Assembly (NCBI GenBank): GCA_009924535.1
Contig: RFRI01000001.1
Span: 1 to 31,234, forward strand
Direction: 5' to 3'
DNA from: Verrucomicrobiota bacterium
Lineage (GTDB): Bacteria; Verrucomicrobiota; Verrucomicrobiia; Opitutales; UBA953
Length of the DNA stretch: 31,234 nt
Shown here piece after piece: positions 20,407 to 27,950 of the stretch (positions are counted from its first letter, which is position 1; each line of letters starts with the position of its first letter). A program made the translations under genes and the position numbers. The notes below the pieces were generated by a model. That model worked only from the letters and a program-made list of their open reading frames with translations, ran no database searches and had not been told where the DNA came from.

Positions 20407-21933
20407 ATGATTCCTTTCCTCGCCGATATCGATCCGGTCTTCAAGGTCCTGGCCCCGCGCCCGGCCGACTGGCTGACCATCCTCCCGGAGATCGCCGTCG
20501 CCGGCCTCTCGCTCCTCTGCCTGCTGCAGGCGATGTTCCTCCCGAAGGCGTTGCGCTCGCTCATCCCGATCACCGCCCGCGCCGGCCTGATCCTCGTCGC
20601 GATCATGGCCCTGACCAACGGGCCGTGGGTCCAGTCGGCCGACGTCGCCTCGTTCGCCGGCCTGCTCCGCCAGAACTTGCCCACCGACGGCGTGCGCATG
20701 GTCTTCCTGCTGTCGGCCCTGCTGACGAGCTTCCTCGCCGAAGGCTTCCTGCGCGAACGCGACGCCGCCGTCGCGGACTATCACCACGTGCTGCTGGTCG
20801 TGACCGCCGCGTTCATGCTCCTCGCCCAATCGAACCATTTCGTCACGTTCTTCCTCGCGCTCGAGACGGCCGCCGTCGGCCTCTACGTGCTCGTCGGGTA
20901 CCTGCGTCGCAGCGAAGCCTCGCTCGAAGCCGGCGTCAAATACCTCGTCGCGGGCGGCCTCAGCTCCGCGCTCCTGCTGATGGGTATCGTCCTTGTGTAC
21001 GGCGCGCTCGGCTCGGCCGGCGTCGCCGACTCGCTCAACTTCACCCAGATCGGCAAGGCCCTCGCCGCCCAGTCCGCCGCGCACACCGTCTCGCCCCTGA
21101 CGCTCACCGGCATCGCCCTGATCCTCGGCGGCGTCGCCTTCAAGCTCGGCGCCTTCCCCTTCCATACCTGGATCCCGGACGTCTACCAAGGCGCCCCGAC
21201 GCCGACGACCGCCTTCCTCGGCACGGCCTCCAAGGCCGCCGGCGCGTTCACGCTCGTCCTCCTCGCGACCGGACCGTTCGCCCCGATCGCCATGAAGCTT
21301 GCCCCGTTGCTCGCCGTCGGCGCCGTCCTGACCCTGCTTGCCGGCAACCTCGGCGCCCTCGCCACGATCGACGTGAAGCGCACGCTCGCGCTGTCCGGCG
21401 TCTCGCACGCCGGCTTCATCCTCGCCGCCGTCACGGCCGCCCTCGTGGTGCCGGGCGTCACGGCCGTCGGCTACGACGTCGAACAGGTCGTCGTCATCTA
21501 CCTCCTCGCCTACGTGATCGGCACCTTCCTCACCGCGCAGGCGCTCGTCTCGCTGCCGGCCGTCGAAGACCATCGTCGCCCGCAGCTCGCCCTCCGCGGC
21601 CTGCTCCGTCGCTCACCGCTTCTCGCCAGTTCGCTCGGCTTCGGCATCGGCTCCCTGGCCGGCGTGCCACCCTCCGTGGGCTTCATCGCCAAGCTGCTCG
21701 TGCTGACGCTGCTCGTCTCCGCCAAGCTCTGGTGGGTCCTCGGCGCCGCCCTCATCGGCGTCGCGATCAGCATCCATTACTACTTCTCGATCCTCCGCGA
21801 AGCGGTGGTCCGCCCGACCGAGGACAACGAGGAACTCGCCCCGCTCGAGATCCCGTCCGGCACCCGCTTCCTGATCGGCGCGCTCACCGCGGCCTCGATC
21901 ATCGGCGGACTCTTCGTCCTCTTCGGACGTTAA
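20407..21933 (+). CDS. nuoN: NADH-quinone oxidoreductase subunit N
   Basis: FLALET, EAGVKYLVAG, FKLGAFPFHTWIPDVYQGAPTP, SKAAG, KRTLALSGVSHAG and SLAGVPPSVGFIAK. Confidence 0.96.
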   Translation: MIPFLADIDPVFKVLAPRPADWLTILPEIAVAGLSLLCLLQAMFLPKALRSLIPITARAGLILVAIMALTNGPWVQSADVASFAGLLRQNLPTDGVRMVFLLSALLTSFLAEGFLRERDAAVADYHHVLLVVTAAFMLLAQSNHFVTFFLALETAAVGLYVLVGYLRRSEASLEAGVKYLVAGGLSSALLLMGIVLVYGALGSAGVADSLNFTQIGKALAAQSAAHTVSPLTLTGIALILGGVAFKLGAFPFHTWIPDVYQGAPTPTTAFLGTASKAAGAFTLVLLATGPFAPIAMKLAPLLAVGAVLTLLAGNLGALATIDVKRTLALSGVSHAGFILAAVTAALVVPGVTAVGYDVEQVVVIYLLAYVIGTFLTAQALVSLPAVEDHRRPQLALRGLLRRSPLLASSLGFGIGSLAGVPPSVGFIAKLLVLTLLVSAKLWWVLGAALIGVAISIHYYFSILREAVVRPTEDNEELAPLEIPSGTRFLIGALTAASIIGGLFVLFGR

Positions 21934-22877
21934 CGCCCCTTGCCCCGCCCGCGAGGGTGGTGGCGACGGTGCGCGTCCGACAAGGCCGTGCGATCGACCG
22001 ACGTATAGATCTGCGTCGTGGCGATGTCGGCATGGCCGAGCATCTCCTGGATGGAACGCAGGTCCGCGCCGCCTTCCAGCAGGTGCGTCGCGAAGGCATG
22101 GCGCAGCAGGTGCGGCTTCACGGGCACCGACACGCCGGCGCGCTGCGCCGCCTGTTTCACGCCGAGCCAGAAGGTCTTGCGGGAGATCGCGACGCCACGG
22201 GCACTGAGGAAGAGCGCGCTTCCCGTCTTGGGGCGCACGAGCTTTGGTCGGCCGGCCTTGAGGTAGGCATGTAAGGCAACGAGCGCCGTCTCGCCGACGG
22301 GCACGACCCGGTCCTTGGAACCCTTGCCGGTGACGCGCACCAAAGCCGAGTCGACGTCGACGGCCTGAATTTCCAGCCCACAGAGTTCGGAGATGCGCAG
22401 GCCGGAGCCGTACATCATCTCGAGCATCGCGCGGTCGCGCAGGCCCTGCGGCGTGCCCGTGTCGGGCGCGGAGACGACCTTGGCGGCTTCTTCGACGCTG
22501 ATCATGCCAGGCAGCTTGCGGCGGAGCTTCGGCCCGTGGGCGAGCTCGGTGAAATCGTCGCGGCGAAGGCCACTGCGGACCAGGTGGGCGGAAAAGGAAC
22601 GCACCGCCGAGAGCCGGCGGGCCATCGAGGCGGCTGCGTGGCCCTTGCGGTCGAGCGCGCGTGTCCAGGAATCCACGTCGCTCAGCGAGACTTCCGTCCA
22701 GTTCTTCCGGCCAGCCCGGCCGCAATGGGCGGCGAAGCGGACCAGGTCCGACTCGTAGGCCTCCGTCGTCAGCTTCGCGGCGCCACGCTCGAGCGAGAGA
22801 TGGGCCAGGAAGGCGTCCACCGGTTCCCGGAGGTCGGGAGGCGCCGTCTCACGGCGGACTCGGGGCGGCTTCGGCAT
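21930..22877 (-). CDS. xerD: Site-specific tyrosine recombinase XerD
   Basis: Catalytic residues are present: GLRISE (R), GKGSKDR (K), HLLRH (HxxR) and LGHADIATTQIYT (H, Y). The N-terminal SAM-like domain has YESDL and ARRLSAVRSF. Confidence 0.92.
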   Translation of the reverse strand: MPKPPRVRRETAPPDLREPVDAFLAHLSLERGAAKLTTEAYESDLVRFAAHCGRAGRKNWTEVSLSDVDSWTRALDRKGHAAASMARRLSAVRSFSAHLVRSGLRRDDFTELAHGPKLRRKLPGMISVEEAAKVVSAPDTGTPQGLRDRAMLEMMYGSGLRISELCGLEIQAVDVDSALVRVTGKGSKDRVVPVGETALVALHAYLKAGRPKLVRPKTGSALFLSARGVAISRKTFWLGVKQAAQRAGVSVPVKPHLLRHAFATHLLEGGADLRSIQEMLGHADIATTQIYTSVDRTALSDAHRRHHPRGRGKGR

Positions 22878-22885
22878 GCGTCATC

Positions 22886-22917
22886 AGTATTGCCCCGCCC
22901 GCCCGGGAGTCCATAAG
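22886..22917. promoter_or_regulatory. Overlapping divergent putative promoters xerD/argA
   Basis: Plus strand: TTGCCC(22890-22895)-N16-CATAAG(22912-22917)-N8-ATG 22926. Minus strand: TGGACT(22913-22908)-N16-AATACT(22891-22886)-N8-ATG 22877. Confidence 0.35.
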
Positions 22918-22925
22918 GATTGAGC

Positions 22926-24251
22926 ATGTCCAGCCAGCGTGAGCGCGCCATGAAGCCGACCGACCTCCGGGGAATCCTGCGGTATGTCCCGATGTTCCGT
23001 GACCACGTGTTCGTCATCGCGGTCGACGGCTCGATCGTGTCCCACGAGAACTTCGCGAACATCGTGACCGACATCGCGGTCCTCCGCAGCCTCTCGATCA
23101 AGGTCGTCCTCGTGCACGGCATCGGCCAGCAGCTCGTCGGCCTCGCCGGCGAACATAACATCGCGCTGTCCGATGTCCAGGGCGAGGGCCCCATCGACGC
23201 CACCACGATGTCGCTCGCCCGCGAAGCCTCCGCGCTCGTCTCGCAGTCCGTCCTGGAGAACCTTTCCCAGGCCGGCCTGCGCTGCGCCATCACCAACGCC
23301 GTCCGTTCCACCAAGATCGGCCGCATCAAGGGAGTGGACCACCTCTACGCCGGCAAGGTCGAGAAGGTGGACGCCGTGATCCTGAAGTCGATGCTCTCGC
23401 AGGACATCCTCCCGCTCGTCACGCCGATCGTGTGCGACCGCGAAGGCCAGTCGCTGCGCGTCAACAGCGACCATCTCGCGATGGAACTCGCCTCAGCCCT
23501 TGGCGCTTCGAAGCTCATCTACCTCACGCCGTTCAGCGGCCTGCAGGTCAACGGCGTCGTGCAGCTCAACCTGCCCGAGGACGACCTCAAGCGCCTGCTC
23601 GCGGACAAGTCCGCGAAGCTCGACCCGCGCATCCGCAGCAAGGCCGTCCAGGCCGCCAAAGCCCTCGACAACGACGTCCCGCGCGCCCACATCCTCGACG
23701 GCCGCGTCTTCGGCTGCCTCCTCACCGAGATTTTCGACAAGGTCGGCCTCGGCACGATGGTGCACGCCAACGACTACGACCGTATCCGCCAGGCCAAGAA
23801 GAAGGACGCCCAGGCCCTTTACAACCTCGCCAAGCACGGCGCCAAGACCGACGCGCTCGTCGCCCGCACGCGCCAGCAGATCGAGCAATCCTTCGCCGAC
23901 TTCTACGTCTACGAGATCGACGACAGCATCATCGGCTGCGCGGCCCTGCGCGCCTACCCGGGCGGCAAAATGATGGAGCTCGGCGCGGTCTACGTGCAGC
24001 CGTTCTACCATGGCCGCGGCGTCGGCAGCAAACTCGTCGAATTCGCCAAGCGACAGGCCAAGAAGCTGGGCGCCAAGAAGCTGATCGCGCTCACGACGCA
24101 GACGCAGGGCTTCTTCCAGTCGGCCTGCAACTTCGTGCCGGGCGCGCTGACGGACCTTCCCGCCGAGCGCCGCAAAGCCCTTAAGGATAGCGGCCGTAAT
24201 TCGCAGGTGCTCTCTTTCTCGCTCAGCCGCCTGAGCGATTCGGTGCGCTGA
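22926..24251 (+). CDS. argA: Amino-acid N-acetyltransferase (N-acetylglutamate synthase; AAK + GNAT)
   Basis: N-terminal kinase-like domain (YVPMFRDHVFVIAVDG, VLVHG, LLTEIFDKVGLGT) and a C-terminal GNAT (IIGCAAL, YHGRGVGSKL). The start could be 22926 or 22950. Confidence 0.92.
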   Translation: MSSQRERAMKPTDLRGILRYVPMFRDHVFVIAVDGSIVSHENFANIVTDIAVLRSLSIKVVLVHGIGQQLVGLAGEHNIALSDVQGEGPIDATTMSLAREASALVSQSVLENLSQAGLRCAITNAVRSTKIGRIKGVDHLYAGKVEKVDAVILKSMLSQDILPLVTPIVCDREGQSLRVNSDHLAMELASALGASKLIYLTPFSGLQVNGVVQLNLPEDDLKRLLADKSAKLDPRIRSKAVQAAKALDNDVPRAHILDGRVFGCLLTEIFDKVGLGTMVHANDYDRIRQAKKKDAQALYNLAKHGAKTDALVARTRQQIEQSFADFYVYEIDDSIIGCAALRAYPGGKMMELGAVYVQPFYHGRGVGSKLVEFAKRQAKKLGAKKLIALTTQTQGFFQSACNFVPGALTDLPAERRKALKDSGRNSQVLSFSLSRLSDSVR

Positions 24252-24254
24252 GCC

Positions 24255-25073
24255 TCAGCTCGTCGCGAAGAAGCCGCGCTGCTTCTCGCTGATCGGCAGG
24301 CCGAGTTTCTCCATCACCAGCAGGAAGTCCTCCCAGACGGCCCGCTTGGCAGACGCGCTCGGATTATGCAGCAGGTAGTTCGGATGGTAGGTCGGCATCA
24401 GCGGCACGCCGGAGAGGTCGAACCACTGGCCGCGGGCCTGCGTGATGCTCGGCGTGCGACCGTGCAGCGCCTCGAACGCCTGGGCGCCGAGCGCGACCAC
24501 GATACGCGGGGCGACGACGTCGACCTGCGCGCGGAGATACGGAAGATTGAAGGCGAGCTCGCGCGCGGTGGGCGGGCGCTTGCCATACTGCGTCGGCGGC
24601 TCGGGGCGCCAGACCATGACGGGGACGAGATAATAGTCAGCGGGACTGATGGCGGCGGCGCCGAGGATCTTCTGAAGCAGCTCGCCGGACGCGCCGGCGA
24701 AGGCCTTGCCGGCCTCCATCTCTTCAAGCGACGGCGCTTCGCCGACGAACACGACCTTGGCGTCGAGCGAGCCGTGGCCGAGCAGAGCACGATGCGCACC
24801 TGTCAGATGCTTCTTCGTCTCGACGCACGCGTCGACGAGTTGCCGCAGCGCCTGTATACGTTCGGCCTTCGTGCCGGCGGGCAAAGTGAAGATCGGCGGG
24901 TCCATTCCACCAGACTTGAACGTAGAGACTGGTGCCGAGGGAGGACCTCCGACCAAGGACTTCAACGTGGACAGGGAGTCATCTGATACGCTGATACGAC
25001 GGACGCCGGCGGCCTTCTGGCGCTTAAGCTCCTCCAGGAGGATGTCTAAGGCCTCTGCGGGGTCGTCGATCAC
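24255..25073 (-). CDS. Uracil-DNA glycosylase family 4-like protein (divergent)
   Basis: Motif A VFVGEAPSLEE...GKAF, RPP, IVVALGA, ITQARG and motif B PTYHPNYLL. A GTG start at 25073 overlaps the phhB stop (GTGA). Confidence 0.88.
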   Translation of the reverse strand: MIDDPAEALDILLEELKRQKAAGVRRISVSDDSLSTLKSLVGGPPSAPVSTFKSGGMDPPIFTLPAGTKAERIQALRQLVDACVETKKHLTGAHRALLGHGSLDAKVVFVGEAPSLEEMEAGKAFAGASGELLQKILGAAAISPADYYLVPVMVWRPEPPTQYGKRPPTARELAFNLPYLRAQVDVVAPRIVVALGAQAFEALHGRTPSITQARGQWFDLSGVPLMPTYHPNYLLHNPSASAKRAVWEDFLLVMEKLGLPISEKQRGFFATS

Positions 25074-25360
25074 GGGTGGGAGAGGGATTGGATGGAGCGG
25101 GCGAGGATCAAATCTTTCTCCGTAATCTGGCTGCCGGCGTCGTGGGTACAAAGCCGAAGGGTGACCGTATTCCAAATGTTATGGAATTCCGGGTGGTGGT
25201 TGAGCTGCTCCGCGACGGCTCCGACTTGGTTCATGAAGGCCAAGGCAGCCTTGAAATCCTTTAACTTATAGACCTTCAATAACTTAGCGTGTTCGACACT
25301 CCACCCATCCAGGCCCTGCAAGGCCTCTTGGATCTGAGAGGAGGTCAAAGCTGCGCTCAT
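25070..25360 (-). CDS. phhB: Pterin-4-alpha-carbinolamine dehydratase
   Basis: FKAALAFMNQVGAVAEQLNHHPE, VTLRLCTHDAG and ITEKDLILARSI; 96 aa. Confidence 0.93.
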   Translation of the reverse strand: MSAALTSSQIQEALQGLDGWSVEHAKLLKVYKLKDFKAALAFMNQVGAVAEQLNHHPEFHNIWNTVTLRLCTHDAGSQITEKDLILARSIQSLSHP

Positions 25361-25610
25361 GAAAATAGCCTCTTTCGGCCCGCTAACGGAGTCAATGCAG
25401 GGCTGAGGGAACCCCCCTATTGTGAATAAACTTGCCGAAGCCCTGATAAACTGACTTAAAGGTGGTCAGGTTTGTCTCGGAAAATAACCAAAGTAAGAGA
25501 CAACCCCGCAATAATCCGGTGAGTTGACGGTCGTTAAGACGGCAAATCGAAATCCGAAAGTCGGAAACGGGCAATGCGGTGTAGGTAAAACAAGCAAAAC
25601 AAAAGATAAT

Positions 25611-26069
25611 ATGGAAAACAAACTGTTCGTGGGCAACTTGCCCTGGGCCGCAACCGAATCCGACATCCGTGCTCACTTCTCCCAAGGCGGCGAAGTGGTG
25701 TCCGTGGAAGTCATGATGGACAAGTTCACGGGTCGCCCTCGTGGCTTCGCCTTCGTGACCATGGCCAATGCTCAGGCTGCTCAGGATGCGATCGCTAAGA
25801 CCGAAAACATCGATTTCATGGGTCGTCCCCTGAAGGTCAATGTCGCTCGTCCTCGCGAAGAACGCCCGTCCTTCGGTGGTGACCGTCCCCGCTCCGGCGG
25901 CTTCGGCGGCGACCGTCCCCGCTCCGGCGGCTTCGGCGGTGGAGATCGCGGCGGCTTCGGCGGCGGCGGCTCTCGCGGCGGCTTCGGCGGCGGCGGCTCT
26001 CGTGGCGGCTTCGGCGGCGGCGAACGTCGCTCCGGCGGCTTCGGCGGCGGCGACCGCGGCGGCTACTAA
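25611..26069 (+). CDS. RRM (RNP-1) RNA-binding protein with a Gly/Phe/Arg-rich tail
   Basis: RNP2 KLFVGNL, RNP1 RGFAFVTM and GRPLKVNVARPRE, then GGFGG repeats. ATG 25611 follows an A-rich stretch. Confidence 0.95.
   Translation: MENKLFVGNLPWAATESDIRAHFSQGGEVVSVEVMMDKFTGRPRGFAFVTMANAQAAQDAIAKTENIDFMGRPLKVNVARPREERPSFGGDRPRSGGFGGDRPRSGGFGGGDRGGFGGGGSRGGFGGGGSRGGFGGGERRSGGFGGGDRGGY
25881..26066 (+). repeat. Intragenic tandem low-complexity repeats (GGFGG / RGG)
   Basis: A 30-nt unit occurs twice (25881-25940, DRPRSGGFGG), a 27-nt unit occurs twice (25950-26003, GGFGGGGSR), and there are six GGFGG in total. Confidence 0.9.
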
Positions 26070-26091
26070 TCCTCGGATTAACAACCTCCTC

Positions 26092-26118
26092 AAGGGCGCC
26101 TTTCGGCGCCCTTTTTTG
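26092..26118 (+). terminator. Intrinsic terminator after the RRM gene
   Basis: AAGGGCGCC-TTTC-GGCGCCCTT followed by a T run. Confidence 0.9.
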
Positions 26119-26208
26119 TGCCCGGAGAAGTCAAAAACCTGCTGATTCCTAGGAAAACAGGCAATCCGCTTGTCCCCTGCCGACCAGCGGACTTAATGCC
26201 GGACCGTC

Positions 26209-27213
26209 ATGCGCTTCCTGCTCGCCGCCCTCTTCCTTTCCCTCTCCTTCGGCTCGGCCCAAGCCGCCCTGAACACCGACAGCCTCCCCGCCGGCGCGGT
26301 CGGACTGGTGGCTTTCGACATCGCGGCCTTCCGCGCCTCCAAGGTCGGCCAAGCGGTCGAGAAGCTCGCCGGTCTGAAGACGAAAGACCTCGAAGCCTCC
26401 CGCAAGCTCAGCGAGCAGCTCGGCATCGACTCCAAGAAAGACCTGCAGGACCTCGTCGTCGCGATCTACCCCGGCCCTGACGGCAAGGTCGCCGAGAAGA
26501 ACGCTTCCGGTGTCGTGCTGATCCGCGGCCAGTTCCTGCCCGCGACCATCGACGCCTTCGGGTCGAAGAACGGCATCGCCGCGAAGACCGTCGGCAAGCA
26601 CAAGGCCTGGGAAGCGAGCACGTTCATCGAGAAACTTTCCGGCGAAAAACCCAAGGACAACGCGAAGGACGCCTATGTCGTCGCCCACTCGGCGAGCCTC
26701 GTGATCATCGCCAGCGAGGAATACCTCGAACGCGCCCTCGCCGCGGCCGACCGACACGAGCAGTCCGCGCAGCTCCCCGCCGCGGTGGCGTCCAAGTTCG
26801 CCGCCGCCCAGCAAGGCTGGTGCTACCTCTACGCCGATGCGTCGAAGATGCAGAACGCGAAGGAAGAAGTCGGCGCCGAAGACATCTCCCTGGTGATCGG
26901 GGAAAACGCCACCGACCTCCAGCTCGCGATCGCCGCGGGCTTCGTGACCGCCGAGAAGGCCGCGACGATGCGCAAGCAGATCAAAGGACTGCAGGCGTTC
27001 GCGATGATCGGGCTGTCGAACGACGATGGTAAAAACGCCGAGGAGAAAGCGAACCTCGCGCTGCTTTCGGAACTGGTGCAGAAGATCCGCATCGGCGGCG
27101 AAGGCAAGCGGGCGACGCTCGACCTCGACTACCCGGCCGACAAGGCCGTGCAGGCGATCTCGAAGGTGATCGAGAAAGCCCAGAAGGCTCCCGACGCTCC
27201 GTCCGCCAAGTAA
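26209..27213 (+). CDS. Secreted hypothetical protein
   Basis: Signal peptide (MRFLLAALFLSLSFGSAQA) and host-like codon usage; no catalytic motif recognised. Confidence 0.85.
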   Translation: MRFLLAALFLSLSFGSAQAALNTDSLPAGAVGLVAFDIAAFRASKVGQAVEKLAGLKTKDLEASRKLSEQLGIDSKKDLQDLVVAIYPGPDGKVAEKNASGVVLIRGQFLPATIDAFGSKNGIAAKTVGKHKAWEASTFIEKLSGEKPKDNAKDAYVVAHSASLVIIASEEYLERALAAADRHEQSAQLPAAVASKFAAAQQGWCYLYADASKMQNAKEEVGAEDISLVIGENATDLQLAIAAGFVTAEKAATMRKQIKGLQAFAMIGLSNDDGKNAEEKANLALLSELVQKIRIGGEGKRATLDLDYPADKAVQAISKVIEKAQKAPDAPSAK

Positions 27214-27218
27214 AGGCC

Positions 27219-27947
27219 ATGCGACGTCCGTGGCTGCTGCTCGCCTCCCTCGCGATGGCGAGCGGGCTCGCTTGGCGGTGGCTCGACCCGGCGGACCTCC
27301 GTCTCCGCATGGATCCGCGCAGCCGCGAAATCGCGCTGATCGTGCCCGCCGAAACCGTCGGTCGCCGCACCGCCGCCGCGGTGCTCCAGTCTTTGCCGGA
27401 ACTCGCCGCCCCGGAACAACGGACCGCCCTGCGCGCGCAGCTGGCGAGCCCCTCCGTGAATTCGGCCCAGCGCGTCACCCTAGGCTTCGTCCCGGGAGAA
27501 CCTGCCGCGCTCAGCCTGGATACCCCGGACGTCGCCGAAGGAGGGAAAATCGTCCCGGGCCTCGCCCGCGTGCAGTTACGAGGCGTCCCACACGGCTACC
27601 TGCTCGTGCACGCCGACCCCGCGTCCGGCCTGCTGGAGGCCGCTTCTCGCCGGCGCTGGCTCGGCCGCGCGCTCATCGAAGCCGGCGCCCAGGCCGAGAC
27701 CGCCACCATCGCGGTCGGCGAAAGCGACGACGGCGCTTTCCTTGTCGCGACGATCGCGTTCGCGTACCGCACCGGCGAGGAAGCCGAAGACGCGCTCGTC
27801 CGCCTGACGGAAAAGCAAGGCGACTACGAAGCGCTCGGTTTCGCCGCGCGACCCGGCACGGACCGCATCACGCGGCGCACCAAGCTGCTCGTCGTCCGCC
27901 TCGACATCGAGACGGACCTCGTGCTGCAAGGCCTGCGTCGACGCTGA
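27219..27947 (+). CDS. Hypothetical protein with an N-terminal membrane anchor or signal
   Basis: Starts 5 nt after the previous stop. N-terminus is MRRPWLLLASLAMASGLAWRWL, and the C-terminal half resembles that of the upstream gene. Confidence 0.75.
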   Translation: MRRPWLLLASLAMASGLAWRWLDPADLRLRMDPRSREIALIVPAETVGRRTAAAVLQSLPELAAPEQRTALRAQLASPSVNSAQRVTLGFVPGEPAALSLDTPDVAEGGKIVPGLARVQLRGVPHGYLLVHADPASGLLEAASRRRWLGRALIEAGAQAETATIAVGESDDGAFLVATIAFAYRTGEEAEDALVRLTEKQGDYEALGFAARPGTDRITRRTKLLVVRLDIETDLVLQGLRRR

Positions 27948-27950
27948 GGC

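Noticed and set aside
18184-21573. 1129-aa minus-strand ORF and other long antisense or alternate-frame ORFs (e.g. 874-1902, 12006-13412, 13246-14964, 16811-18331, 28420-30105)
   Set aside because: They lie opposite well-conserved genes. High GC3 codon bias suppresses stops on the antisense frame, and the translations show no family motifs.
21930-22877. Tyrosine recombinase as a prophage or island integrase
   Set aside because: Length and motifs fit chromosomal XerD, GC matches the host, the flanks are core genes, and no att repeats or tRNA are seen.
25881-26066. Repeats as a CRISPR array or VNTR element
   Set aside because: They are in-frame Gly-rich coding repeats without unique spacers.
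26067-26080. TAATCC-TC-GGATTA inverted repeat over the RRM stop codon
   Set aside because: It is short with a 2-nt loop and occurs once, and the true terminator lies 12 nt downstream, so there is not enough to call a site.
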